NCBI GenBank assembly: GCA_963813225.1
Contig: CAWEYB010000001.1
Coordinates: forward strand, 256,362 to 320,361
Source of the DNA: an uncultured Chloroflexia bacterium
GTDB taxonomy: Bacteria > Chloroflexota > Limnocylindria > Limnocylindrales > CSP1-4
Length of the DNA: 64,000 nucleotides
Reading direction: 5' to 3'
Of the stretch, positions 27,401 through 42,702 are shown one piece after another. Every line of letters starts with the position of its first letter. Within the stretch, counting starts at the first letter, position 1. The notes below the pieces were generated by a model. The model was not told the origin of the DNA. It saw only the letters and a list, made by a program, of their open reading frames with translations, and ran no database searches. The translations under genes and the position numbers were made by a program.

Positions 27401-27453
27401 TGCCCCGAGACCCGGATCGTGGAGGGCGAATCCGGGCCGTGCCCTGATGTGTG

Positions 27454-27975
27454 CTAGTAGCGCCCGGGCTCCCGGGTGGCGGAGCGTGACACCGGACGCA
27501 CCGTGCTGACGGTGGACCCGACCCCGGCACCGACCGGGCTCGCCGCGGTAGACATGCGGCCGTTGGACCGAACAGGCGCCCGATCGGCGCTGGTGCTCGT
27601 CTCGGCCGGCTGGAAGGTTCGTCCGTAGCGGCGCATCCGCACCGCGAGGTAGTACTCCATGATCTGGCGGACCTGCGGCTCGCTCAGGAGCTCGTCCGCG
27701 CGAAGCGCGTATTCGACCCGGGCGGTCGGGTTCGTGTTGCCGGCGGCGACCAGCCCGAGATACTGCGGGGTGTCGGCGTCGTCGCGCAGCTCGCGCAGGC
27801 CGCGAGCGAGCTTGGTCGCCGTCCCGAGCGACGGCATGCGGTCGCCACGGATCAGCCGCGAGATGGTGGAGTGATCCACGCCCGACTGCTGGGCCAGCTG
27901 CCGCTGCGACATCTTCTTGGCCTTGAGCTGTGCTCGCAGCCATTCGTTGAACGCTCGGCCGTTCTGAGTGGTCAT
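27454..27975 (-). CDS. XRE-family helix-turn-helix transcriptional regulator
   Basis: Intact 173-aa ORF. FNEWLRAQLKAKKMSQRQLAQQSGVDHSTISRLIRGDRMPSLGTATKLARGL. Confidence 0.8.
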   Translation of the reverse strand: MTTQNGRAFNEWLRAQLKAKKMSQRQLAQQSGVDHSTISRLIRGDRMPSLGTATKLARGLRELRDDADTPQYLGLVAAGNTNPTARVEYALRADELLSEPQVRQIMEYYLAVRMRRYGRTFQPAETSTSADRAPVRSNGRMSTAASPVGAGVGSTVSTVRPVSRSATREPGRY

Positions 27976-28286
27976 CGTTGCCTGGGCGCTCCTGGGATCG
28001 AGCCGTTGTAGAGGTTCCCTGCCCCGAACTATCCGTGGGGCGTCTGGTCACCTGTATCACCCGTTGGTACCGGGTCGTCGGCGCGCTCGATCACGAGGCG
28101 TTGGCGGTGCGGTGCGGAGCGGGTCTGTCCGGTCGGGGCACAGGGGCACTGGGTCCCCTGACCTTGGTACGTCCCCGCTCACGGATCGGTTCACACGGCG
28201 TCGGTGAACCACCGGAAAGAGACGTCCGGGTGCTGGTCACGGACAGGACAGGGCTTTCCCAGACCGCTGGGCGAAAGATACCAGTC

Positions 28287-29402
28287 TTACGCGATCGTCG
28301 GGATCGAGGCCCCCGGCTGCGGGATCCGGCCCATGCCGCGCGGCATCGGCGAGACCACGTAGACGATCGCGCCGAACACGATGATCGACAGGACGCTGAT
28401 CGCCCAGTCGAGGATCGCGATCGCGGTCGCCTCTGGCAGCGGCACGCCGTAGACCACGGTCAGGACCCCGATCACACCGGCCTGGGCGAAGCCGAGACCG
28501 GCCGGGCTGAGCGGGATCGCGGTCAGCAGCGACCCGATCAGGGCCACGAACATCGCGCCCGACAGCCCGATCTCGACGTCGGCGAAGCCGAACGACAGGA
28601 CGACGATGTAGAGACGCAGGCCCTCGGTCAGCCAGATGAGACCGGTCAGGAACGCCAGGACCGGCATGTGGCGGAGGGCGACGGCGCCGAAGACGCCTTC
28701 CTCGAAGCGCTCGTACAGCTCCGAGACCCGCGGCGGCAGCGGGAGCCGCTCGAGGATCCGCCGGCCGAAGTTGCGCATCGTGAACAGGCCGACGCCCGCC
28801 ACGATCACCACCACGATGCCGACGACGAACAGGATCCGGACGGCCGGCGGCAGCCCGTTGCGGAAGCTCCAGAAGCCGACCGCCAGGCCGAGGATCGCGA
28901 TGGCGAAGATGTCCAGGATGCGCTCGATGAAGACGGTCCCGAACGTCCGGCTGAGCGACGCAGGGCTGTTCATCTTGAGCAGGTACCCGCGATAGACGTC
29001 GCCGAGCTTGGCCGGCACGACGCAGTTGACGAACCACGAGATGTACAGGATCTCGGTCGAGTTTCGCAGGCTGATGACGAACCCCGTCTCGCGCAGGAGC
29101 CGCTCCCAGCGGTAGCCGCGCAGCGGGAAGCCGAGATAGAAGACGATGAAGGCGAGCAGGACCAGCGCCGGGTTGGCCTGCAGGATGAGCTGCGGGACCT
29201 CGGCCAGTCGCTCGCGGTTGAGGTACAGGAAGAAGGCGATGATCCCGAGCGGGACGACGATCGACAGGATCGTCCGCGGCTGGCGCAGCCGCTGGCTGAG
29301 CGAGATCTGCGAGACCTCGGTCGGCTCCTCCTCGATCGCTTCGATGAGCGTCTCGGGCTCGTGATGCGGGAGCGCGGCGTCGAGTCCGGGTGTGGCCTCC
29401 AT
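28287..29402 (-). CDS. UPF0104 / lysyl-phosphatidylglycerol-synthase-TM-like (flippase-like) membrane protein
   Basis: Starts at MEATPGLD (ATG 29400-29402). About 8 transmembrane segments, with RGYRWERLL..VVPAKLGDVYRGYLLK. Confidence 0.6.
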   Translation of the reverse strand: MEATPGLDAALPHHEPETLIEAIEEEPTEVSQISLSQRLRQPRTILSIVVPLGIIAFFLYLNRERLAEVPQLILQANPALVLLAFIVFYLGFPLRGYRWERLLRETGFVISLRNSTEILYISWFVNCVVPAKLGDVYRGYLLKMNSPASLSRTFGTVFIERILDIFAIAILGLAVGFWSFRNGLPPAVRILFVVGIVVVIVAGVGLFTMRNFGRRILERLPLPPRVSELYERFEEGVFGAVALRHMPVLAFLTGLIWLTEGLRLYIVVLSFGFADVEIGLSGAMFVALIGSLLTAIPLSPAGLGFAQAGVIGVLTVVYGVPLPEATAIAILDWAISVLSIIVFGAIVYVVSPMPRGMGRIPQPGASIPTIA

Positions 29403-29470
29403 CGCACCGGACCCTACCGGACCGCCCGCCGGGTCCTCTACTGGACGATGGTCCTGGCCCTCCGGCCCAC

Positions 29471-30228
29471 TCACCGCGGCGGCTCCGGATCGGAGCCCGG
29501 CTGGTCGGCCGGCGCGATCGCGACGCGGCGGTTGCCGCGGACGCGATTGACGCCCTTCGCGACCGGGGTCCACAGTCGGACGAGGTAGCTCGCGCGCCCC
29601 GGGATGATCTCCGCGCTCCGGAGGCACGCCAGCAGGCCGGCCGCCGTCGACGGGTCGCCATCGAACGCCGTGTAGGCGACGCCGATCTCCATGATCGAGT
29701 GGGCGTCGGAGACCGAGATCCCGGGCAGGCGGTGCTCGAGGGCGAACGCCTGGGCATCCTCGTTGCCATGGCCGATCAGCCGGGCGTTGTGCGTCTCCAC
29801 CCAGTCGATCAGCGGCACGAGGTCCGCCATGCCCGCATCGTTGAGCAGCGACCGGCGATGGCCGTCGAACGGATGCGGGATGCCGACCAGGCCGCCCTGG
29901 TCGCGCGCGGCGGCGATCGCGTCGACGACCGGCAGCCCGGGCGGGATGGCCCGCTCGAGGAAGAGGCAGATGAGGTCGCCACCGAGCGTCTTGACCTCCT
30001 CACCGACGATCACGGTCAGCCCGGCCGGCGCCATCTCCCGGGCCTCGAGCGCGACGTCGATCCGATCGTGGTCGGTGATCGCGAGGTGCGTCAGCCCGCG
30101 ATCGACGGCAGCCTTGAGCATGTCCTTGGGTGCGGACAGCGAGTCGAAGCTGCCGCGCGATGGGTGTGCAGATCCGCGAACGCCCGGCCGGCACGACGTG
30201 CTCGGGCCGTCACCCGGTCGACTCGCAT
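29471..30228 (-). CDS. PHP-domain metal-dependent phosphoesterase; one frame break near 30165
   Basis: ADLHTH lies in one frame and SRGSFDSLSAPKDMLKAAVDRGLTHLAITDHD in the next. The ATG shares one nucleotide with the mreB stop (TGATG). Confidence 0.7.
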
Positions 30229-31226
30229 CAGACCTGCTGGACCAGCGACTTCTTGAAGAAGTCGAAGTGTTCCAGGGCGAGCCCGGTGCCGAGGGCCACG
30301 CAGAGGAGGGGGTTCTCGGCGACGTGGCATGGGACGCCGGTGACCTGGGTGAGCAGCTTGTCGATGTTGCGCAACAGCGCCCCGCCGCCCGACATGACCA
30401 TGCCCTTGTCGATGATGTCGGACGACAGCTCGGGCGGCGTCTGCTCGAGGACGGAGCGGACCGCGGCGACCAGCTGCTGGAGCGGCGCCTCGATCGCCTC
30501 CATGACCTCGCTGCTGGTGATCGGGATCGTGCGCGGCAGGCCGGCGATGAGGTCGCGGCCGCGCACCTCCATCGTCAGCTCGCGATCGAGCGGGAGCGCC
30601 GTCCCGATCGCGATCTTGACCTCCTCCGCCGTCCGCTCGCCGACCATCAGGTTGTACTTCTTGCGGATGTAGGTGGCGATCGACTCGTCGAACCGGTTGC
30701 CGCCGACCCGGAGGCTGTGCGACACGACGATGCCGCCGAGGGCGATGACCGCGATCTCGCTGGTCCCGCCGCCGATGTCGATGATCATGTTGCCCGACGG
30801 GCCGCTGATCGGGACGTTCGCGCCGATGGCCGCGGCCAGCGGCTCCTCGATGAGGTACGCCTCCTTGGCGCCGGCCTTGAGCGCGGCATCGCGGACGGCC
30901 CGCTTCTCGACGCTGGTCACGCCGGCCGGGACCGAGATCATCACCTCGGGCTTGCCGAACCCGATCCGGCCCTTGCGGACCTTGCCGATGAAGTGGCTGA
31001 GCATGGCCTCGGTGATGACGTAGTCGGCGATGACCCCGTCCTTCATCGGTCGGATGGCATGGATGTTGCCGGGCGTCCGGCCGATCATCTCGCGCGCTTC
31101 CTCGCCGACGGCGACGATCCGGTTGTCGTCCGAGACGGCGACCACGCTGGGTTCGGTGATGACGATGCCCTTGCCCTTCACGTAGACGAGGACGTTGGCC
31201 GTGCCGAGATCGATGCCGATCTTCAT
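30228..31226 (-). CDS. mreB: Rod-shape-determining actin homolog MreB
   Basis: Intact 332-aa [43 protein letters not shown]. Confidence 0.95.
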   Translation of the reverse strand: MKIGIDLGTANVLVYVKGKGIVITEPSVVAVSDDNRIVAVGEEAREMIGRTPGNIHAIRPMKDGVIADYVITEAMLSHFIGKVRKGRIGFGKPEVMISVPAGVTSVEKRAVRDAALKAGAKEAYLIEEPLAAAIGANVPISGPSGNMIIDIGGGTSEIAVIALGGIVVSHSLRVGGNRFDESIATYIRKKYNLMVGERTAEEVKIAIGTALPLDRELTMEVRGRDLIAGLPRTIPITSSEVMEAIEAPLQQLVAAVRSVLEQTPPELSSDIIDKGMVMSGGGALLRNIDKLLTQVTGVPCHVAENPLLCVALGTGLALEHFDFFKKSLVQQV

Positions 31227-32572
31227 GGGGCTGTGCCGACCGTCCCTTCCGCCGCGCGCGAGATGCTGGCACCGATCGCCAGGAACTTGCGCTCGATGTT
31301 CTCATAGCCCCGGTGAACGTGGTGCGCACCGCGGATGGTCGTGCTCCCCTCGGCCGCCAGGGCGGCGAGGATGAGCGAGGCACCGGCCCGCAGGTCGCCG
31401 ATCTCGACGGCCGCGCCGACCAGCTGCGACGGACCCTGGATCGTCGCGTGCCGGGCGTCGCGGCATGGTGACGTCGGCGCCCATCTTGGCGACCTCGGCG
31501 AGCCATTCGAGACGGTCCTCGAAGATCGCCTCGTGGACGTGCGAGGTCCCGCTGGCCTGCGTCAGCAGCACCGCGGTCGGTGGCTGGAGATCGGTGGCGA
31601 GGCCCGGGTAGGGTGCCGTCGTGATGTCGGTGGCGCGATAGCCCGCGCCGCGGCAGCGCCGAGCCGTCGACCTCGATGGTGTCGCCCGCGCACGACACGT
31701 CGACCCCGATCCGATCGACCGTCTCGATGAACGAGGCGAGGTGGTCGCACGGGGCGCCCTCGAGCGTCAGCCGGCCGCCGGTGACCGCGGCGGCGATGAC
31801 GAACGTGCCGGCCTCGATCCGGTCCGGGATGACGTGGTGGTCGGCGCCGCGCAGGCGCTTGCGGCCCTCGATCTCGATGGTGTCGGGATAGGTCCGCTCG
31901 ACGGCGGCGCCCATCTGCTGGAGGAACGCGATGAGGTCGTCGACCTCGGGCTCCTGGGCGGCCGGCCGGATGACCGTGTGTGCCCTCGGCGAGGGTCGCC
32001 GCCAGCATCGCGTTCTCGGTGCCCATCACCGACACGAACGGGAAGCGGACCTCGGCGCCGCGCAGCCGGCCGGGCGAGGTCGCGAAGTAGTAGCCGTTGC
32101 GGTACTCGATCGAGGCGCCGAGCGCGCGCATCGCCTCGACGTGGAGGTCCACCGGCCGGCGCCCGATCCGGTCGCCGCCGGGGTTGCTGATGATGACCTG
32201 CCCGAAGCGGGCCAGGAGCGGGCCGAGCAGGATGAAGCTCGCGCGCATCCGGGCTGCCGCCTCGAGCGGCACGAACAGCCACTCGACGTCGCCCGAGGCG
32301 ACCTCGTAGACGTTGTCGGCCGGATGGTCGACGACGACGCCGAGGTCGCGCAGCGTCTCGGCCATGACCCGCACGTCCTCGATCTCCGGGACGTTGGTGA
32401 AGCGGCAGCGCTCGCCGGTCAGCGTCGCCGCGGCCAGCAGCTTGAGCGCCGCGTTCTTCGACCCGCTGATCGGCACCGTCCCGGACAGCGGCCGGCCACC
32501 CTCGATCCGGAAGATCTCCCTGGCGACCGGCTCGGGCCGGAACTCCCAATGGAACGGCCGCGCGTCAGCCAT
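31223..32572 (-). CDS. murA: UDP-N-acetylglucosamine 1-carboxyvinyltransferase; about 4 frame breaks as sequenced
   Basis: [17 protein letters not shown]..., [52 protein letters not shown] and [16 protein letters not shown] in different frames. The stop overlaps the mreB ATG (ATGA). Confidence 0.9.
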
Positions 32573-32622
32573 GGGGGTCCCGGTGCCGCGCTGGCGCGGC
32601 AGCGATGGTGATGGTCAAGGCA

Positions 32623-37047
<4,425 letters not shown>

Positions 37048-37061
37048 CGGTGTCAGATCTC

Positions 37062-37608
37062 CTAGAGGGCGCCCGAAACGAGCTGGTTCCGCAGTCGCTC
37101 GAGGCGGCCCCGGACGCTGCCGTCGATCATGCGGTCGCCGACGCGCACGACGAGGCCACCCAGCAGGCTGGGATCGACCTGGACGTCGAGCTCGACGCGA
37201 CCGTTGGTGTACTGCTCGAGCCGCTGGGTCAAGGCACGGACCTCGTCCTCGGACAGCGGTGCGGCGCTGGTGGCGGTGGCTTCGGTGATGCCCTGCCGGA
37301 CGTTGTCGAGGCGGCGGAACTCGGCGGCCACCCTGGGCAGCTCGTGGATCCGGCCGCGCTTGATCATCAGCCCGATCAGGTTGAGGACCGGTCGCAGCGC
37401 GATCTTGCCGAAGACCTCGTTCGCCATGGCGAGGCGAGTCTCGAGCGCGACCGCGGGATTGGCCAGCATGTGGCCGACCTGCTCGTCCGCCGCGATCGCG
37501 GCCGACGTCTCGAGCGCCTCGCGCCAGGCGGCCGACGCTGTCGTCCCGGAGGGCGACCTCGAAGGCGGCCTCGGCGTAGCGGCGTGCCGCGGACTCGCGA
37601 CCCGGCAT
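37062..37608 (-). CDS. atpH: F1 ATP synthase delta (OSCP) subunit; one frame break near 37530
   Basis: [19 protein letters not shown] in one frame and ...[36 protein letters not shown] in the next. Confidence 0.85.
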
Positions 37609-37621
37609 CAGTCGGTCACCA

Positions 37622-38188
37622 TCAGTTGGAGGAGCCGCCGACGCCGGAGGTGCGGATGAACTCCTCGACCAGGCGTCGCTGGCGCTCGTCGGACATGGTC
37701 TCGCCGACGACCTTGCCGGCGGCGAGCAGGGCGAGGTCGGCGACCTCGGCGCGGACGTCGGCGATCGCGCGGATCTTCTCCGCCTCGATCTCCGCGGCCG
37801 CCCGGACGCGCAGCCGCTCGAGCTCTTCGCGGGTCGCCGCGATGTCGGCGTCGCGCGACTCCTGGGCGACCTTCTGGGCACGGACCAGGATGTCGTTCGC
37901 CTCGCGGCGTGCCTCGCCGAGCGTCGCGACCCGTTCGGCCTCGGCGCTCTCCCGATCGCGGCGTGCCTGCTCGGCGTCCTTGAGACCCTGCTCGATCCGG
38001 TCCTTGCGCTCCCCCAGCATCTTCTGCACCGGCTTGAGCGCGAACGTCCAGAGGATGGCGAAGAAGACGAGGAAGTTGAGGGCGCTGACGATCACCCAGA
38101 ACAGGTTGATCTGGAAGAGCGCCTGCCCCTCTGCGGCGAGCTGTGCGGCTTGGTGGCCTGCCCCGGTGGCGGTGGCCAGGATGTCCAC
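37622..38188 (-). CDS. atpF: F0 ATP synthase subunit b
   Basis: Intact 188 aa. A single N-terminal TM helix followed by a long charged coiled coil. Confidence 0.85.
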   Translation of the reverse strand: MDILATATGAGHQAAQLAAEGQALFQINLFWVIVSALNFLVFFAILWTFALKPVQKMLGERKDRIEQGLKDAEQARRDRESAEAERVATLGEARREANDILVRAQKVAQESRDADIAATREELERLRVRAAAEIEAEKIRAIADVRAEVADLALLAAGKVVGETMSDERQRRLVEEFIRTSGVGGSSN

Positions 38189-38191
38189 GGG

Positions 38192-38410
38192 CTACGCGGG
38201 CTGGATGAAGATGGCGAGCAGGCCGACGACGATCGCGAGGACGCCGAGCCCTTCTGCGAAGGCCGCGAGGATGATCGCGATACCGCGGATCTGGCCGGCG
38301 GCGTCCGGGTTGCGCCCGATCGCCGCCGCGGCCATGCCGCCGAGGATGCCGATGCCGATGCCCGGGCCGAGTACGCCAAGGGCTGCGAGTCCGGCGCCTG
38401 TGTAATCCAT
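38192..38410 (-). CDS. atpE: F0 ATP synthase subunit c
   Basis: MDYTGAGLAALGVLGPGIGIGILGGMAAAAIGRNPDAAGQIRGIAIILAAFAEGLGVLAIVVGLL. An AGGAGG RBS lies upstream. Confidence 0.9.
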   Translation of the reverse strand: MDYTGAGLAALGVLGPGIGIGILGGMAAAAIGRNPDAAGQIRGIAIILAAFAEGLGVLAIVVGLLAIFIQPA

Positions 38411-38487
38411 CGTGTTCCTTCCTCCTGTGCCCCGAGCCTGCGGCTCGGGATCATGGTGACCGGGGTGAGTCGCGCTCGTCCGGCGCG

Positions 38488-39518
38488 TCAGTGTGCGGGC
38501 TGGAGTGCCGGCGGTTCGTGGCCTTCGAGCGTGTCGAGGGCCTCCTCCGCGACGTGCCCCTCTTCGTGGTCGTGGCTCTCGATCGCGAGCGTGATGAAGA
38601 CCAGGGTCAGGATGCTGAAGATCAGCGCCTGGATCGCGTTGAGCAGGAAGTCGAGCCCGAGCAGGCCGACCGGGATGATGGCCAGGGTCAGGCCGGTGAT
38701 GACGCTCAGCGCGACCTCGCCGCCGTAGATGTTGCCGAAGAGTCGCATCGACAGCGTGATGGGCTTGACGAACTCGAGCATCAGCTCGACCAGCCCGACG
38801 AACAGCGCGATGAACCCGGCGGCGATGCCCGATCCGGAACTCGTAGAACGGGAAGAACTTGCCGGCATAGCCGCGGAAGCCGAGCTTGCGGAAGCCCTCA
38901 CCCTCGAAGATGACGAACGACACGAGCGCCAGGCCGAGCGTGATGTTGACGTCGCTCGACGGCGCGCGCAGCCACTCGACGCGACCGACGCCGGGCACCA
39001 GCCCGATCCAGTTCGAGAAGATGATCAGCAGGAAGAACGACACGAACAGGCCGAGGTAGGGCCGGGCGCTCGGGCCGGCGATGCCGATGCCGAAGTCGGT
39101 CAGGAACTCGTAGAACGTCTCGAACACGTTCTGGCCGCGGCCGGGGACCAGCCGGCGGCCACGGGTCAGCAGGATGGCCCCGATGAGGACCAGGATGATG
39201 ACCAGCCACTGGGTCACGATCGTGTTGCTGATGCTCGGGTAGAAGACGATGAGCTGGCTCGGATCCGGGGCGGGCGCCGAGGTCAGCGATCACGAGCGTC
39301 TCGGGCGCCGGGAACTCCAGCGTGCCATTGATGAAGCAGACGGGGTAGGGGCACGGATCGCCGGCCGCGCCGTCCTTGGGGAACGGCGGCACGAGGATGA
39401 CCGCGACGATGTTGAGGACGATGATCGCGCCGATGAACAGGAACCAGCGCTGGGACAGCCCGCGACCGGACGTCGGCTGGGGCTCGGGCGCGGGGGCCTC
39501 GGCGGTCCCCGGGGTCAT
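38488..39518 (-). CDS. atpB: F0 ATP synthase subunit a with an N-terminal extension of about 100 aa; two frame breaks
   Basis: Conserved ITLSMRLFGNIYGGEVAL core. The upstream pieces VFETFYEFLTDFG and MTPGTAEAP...WFLFIGAIIVLNIVAVILV..CPYPVCF are in other frames. Confidence 0.85.
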
Positions 39519-39608
39519 GTCCTGCTCGCTCGACACGCTCGCTCCACACACAGGAGCGCGGCTCGACGCCGCGCTCGGTTCCCCCTTAGCCGGTCGGGCA
39601 GTGACCGG

Positions 39609-39833
39609 TCAATCGAATGACTTCAGGAACCGATCCACCATCCGGATGATCATCACGGTCCCGGCTCCGGCGCCGAGGAAGAACCCGATGAGCATGAAGA
39701 CCGGAAAGGTCGTCCCCACCTGCCCGTCGACCCAATGGCCAGCGAGCGCTCCGACCAGCGTCGTCACCAGGAGTGAGATGCCGATCTCCGAGAAGAGGAC
39801 TACGTAGGCCCCGCCTCGTCCGGGCTCGATCAT
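39609..39833 (-). CDS. AtpZ/AtpI-like small membrane protein (ATPase_gene1 family)
   Basis: MIEPGRGGAYVVLFSEIGISLLVTTLVGALAGHWVDGQVGTTFPVFMLIGFFLGAGAG. It occupies the first position of the atp operon. Confidence 0.65.
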   Translation of the reverse strand: MIEPGRGGAYVVLFSEIGISLLVTTLVGALAGHWVDGQVGTTFPVFMLIGFFLGAGAGTVMIIRMVDRFLKSFD

Positions 39834-39856
39834 GGGCGACCTGACACGGCCGCGGC

Positions 39857-39865
39857 AGTATAGCA
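39857..39865 (-). promoter_or_regulatory. Extended -10 promoter candidate for the atp operon (TGCTATACT on the minus strand)
   Basis: It lies in the 66-nt gap between the adhesin stop (39900) and the atpZ-like start (39833). Confidence 0.35.
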
Positions 39866-39899
39866 GGAGCGTCCCGCCGCAACCGTGGCGCAACCGGGC

Positions 39900-42702
39900 T
39901 CAGCGGTCGAGGGCGAGGGCATCCAGGTAGACCCGACCGCCGCCGATCGGGCGGATCTCGATCGTGTGCGTGCCCAGCGATGAGAAGTGGCGATGGAAGA
40001 TGAGCCGGTGGTAGCCGTTGCTCGAGACGTGGAGGTTGATCGTCGCCGCCAGCACGCCGTCGATCCAGACCTGGGCGGTCCCGCTGGCGGTCGTCTTGGT
40101 CGCGATCCAGGCGACGTCGCGCATCGAGCCGGTATAGCGGGCGCGTGCTGACGTCGACGATCGCGTAGCGGTGGCTGCCGCCCAGCGCCTGGCTGTTCGA
40201 GCTCGTCGTCCAGGAGCCCGTGTAGACCACGCTCGAGCTGGTGTTCTGGATCGCGGACGGGCTTGAAGGCCGGCCCGTAGACATACGCGCTGACGTTGCC
40301 CTGACGGTCTGTGGCCCGGACCCGGAAGCGGTACGTCGTGTTGGTCGTCAGCGTCCGGGTGACCGAGGTCGCCGTCGCGCTCGACAGGCTGACCGTGCCG
40401 TACGAGCCGCCGTTGACGCTGACCTGGACCTGGTACTTCGCGATCCCGGTGCCGCCCGTGTCCGCGCCTGACCAGCTGATCTTCTCGCGCGTCGTCGTGC
40501 TCCCGACGACCTGGTTGTAGAACGATTCGACCGGCGCGACGACCGTCGGCTTGGCCGTGTCCTTGACCACGGTGACCAGCACGGTCGCCGAGTCCGTCCC
40601 GCCGTGGCCGTCGCTGATCGTGTAGGTGAAGACGTCGTTGCCGACGTACATCTGGACGGGGTCATAGGTGAGGCCGGTGCCGCCGCCGGTGATCGCGACC
40701 GTGCCGTGGGCTCCGTTCGTCTTGCCGGTGATCGTCAGCGTGTCGTGCTCGACGTCGCTGTCGTTGGCCTTGACCGCGAGGGCGGTCGGGCCGGCGCTCT
40801 CGGGGACGGTCAGGCCGGCGTCGTTCACGGCGTTCGGTGGGTCGTTGACCGGCGGTGATCGTGACCGACACCGTGCCGGTCGCCGATCCGCCGTGCCCAT
40901 CGGAGATGGTGTAGGTGAAGCTGTCGGTCCCGTTGGCGTTGGCATTCGGCTTGTAGGTCAGCCCGGTGCCCGATCCGGTGATGACGACGACGCCCTTGGC
41001 GCCATCCGTCTTGCCCGTGATGGTCCGGGCGTCGCCGTCCGGGTCCGTGTCGTTGCCGAGCACAGGGACCGCGGTCGCCGGCGCGTCCTCGAGGACCGTG
41101 ATGCTGTCCGGCGCCGCCACCGGGGCGTGGTTGACGTGGGTGATCGTCACCGACACGGTGGCGGTATCGGTCCCGCCGTGCCCGTCCGAGATGGTGTAGC
41201 GTGAAGCTGTCGCTGCCGCTGATCCCGGCGTTCGGCTGGTAGGTCAGGCCGCTGCCCGATCCGGTGATGACGACGACGCCCTTGGCGCCGTTCGTCTTGC
41301 CCGTGATGGTCAGCGGGTCGTGGTCGGCATCGCTGTCGTTGGCCAGGACGTTGATGGCTGTCGGCGATGCGTCCTGGAGCAGGGTCTTCGCGTCGTTGCC
41401 CGCGACCGGCGCGGTGTTGGTGTTGTTGATCGTGACCGACACGGTGCCCGTATCGGTCCCGCCGTGCCCGTCGGAGATGGTGTAGGTGAAGCTGTCGGCA
41501 CCCGTCGCATCGGTCGTCGGATGGTAGGTCAGGCCCGTGCCACCACCGGTGATCACGACCGAGCCCTTGCCACCGTCCGCCTTGCCGGTGATCGTCAGGG
41601 TGTCGAGGTCGGCATCGGTGTCGTTGCCCAGCACGTTCACGGCCGTGGCAGGTGCATTCCGCCCGACAGTCAGGCTGTCGGCGACGGCGACCGGGGCGTG
41701 GTTCGTGGCCGAGACATCGATCGTCATGGTGTTCGGCGTGGGATCGAGGTCGGTCCCGCCATCCGCGGTGCCGCCGTCGTCCCGGACCTGGAACGTGAAC
41801 GATGCGTAGCCGGGGCCGTATGGACCTGCTCCCGCAGCGAAGGTGAGGTCGCCGCCGGTGACGTCGGCGACGGGGATCGAGTCGCCCGCCAGGACGGGCG
41901 TGCCGTTGTCGGCGAGGACGCCGGCCGCCGGCAGCGTCGCGATGGTGACGGCCGACAGGTCGTCCGGGGGCGTGTCGTGCGCGTCCGTGAAGCCGAGATC
42001 GGCCGGGGCGAAGACGTACGGCGTGTCGGTCGTCGTGGCGACGGTGTTGTCGGTGCCGTCCGGCGCATCGTTGACCGACGCGACGTCGACGGTGACGGTC
42101 GCGGTGTCGGTCGAGCCCACGCCGTCGTCGAGCGTATAGGTGAAGGTGTCGATCCCGTTCGCATCTCCATGCGGCGCATAGGAAACCGACAGGCCGTCGA
42201 CCGCGATCGTCACGTCTCCGAGCGTGCCCTGGGTCACCGCGGTGATCGTCGAGCCGGAGGGGAAGATGTCATTGGCGAGGACGTCGAACGAGACCGGGCT
42301 CGGCAGCTGGTCCTCGACGATGGCTTCCGGGTCGTCTGTCGCGTCGACGCCGACGATGACGGTGACGGTCCCGTCATCGGTCGACACGCCGTCGGTGACC
42401 GTGTAGTCGAAGGTGTCGAGACCGTGGTAGTCGGTGTCGGGCGCATACGTGAGGGTCAGCTGGTCGCCGGCCACCTCGACCGTGCCGTGACCCGCTGGGC
42501 CCGCGGAAACGATCGTCAGCCCGGCGCCGAGGTCGTTGCCGAGCACGTCGATCGTCGTCGCAGGCGCGTTGACAGGGACGGCAGCGTTGTCATCGACCGC
42601 GGTCGGGTCCGCGGCAGACACGATCGCCGGCAGCAGCCCGGCGAGAAAGGCGCCCATGAGCAGGGCGGTGGCGGCGGATCGCAACCGATCAGCAGGGAAC
42701 AT
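39900..42702 (-). CDS. Secreted repeat adhesin-like protein of about 934 aa: signal peptide, 7 cadherin-like/Ig-like repeats of about 95 aa, an FN3 domain and a C-terminal beta-sandwich (CBM-like) domain; about 4 frame breaks
   Basis: [30 protein letters not shown] signal peptide. Repeats of the form VLGNDTD.D.D.LTITGKT.GAKG.V.ITG.GTGLTY.P.....[24 protein letters not shown]3: [25 protein letters not shown]...[13 protein letters not shown]. Tail: [13 protein letters not shown]...[22 protein letters not shown]. Confidence 0.7.
40555..41703 (-). repeat. Four tandem coding repeat units of about 288 bp (95-97 aa) inside the adhesin gene
   Basis: Unit boundaries are near 41703, 41415, 41125, 40840 and 40555. 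Peptide identity between units is high. Two of the frame breaks (about 41200 and 40855) fall in this block. Confidence 0.6.

Noticed and set aside
26300-28060. 586-aa minus-strand ORF, and the 536-aa plus-strand ORF at 27978-29588
   Set aside because: Both are Arg/Pro/Asp-rich shadow ORFs that overlap the well-supported glycosyltransferase, XRE and UPF0104 genes on the opposite strand or in another frame.
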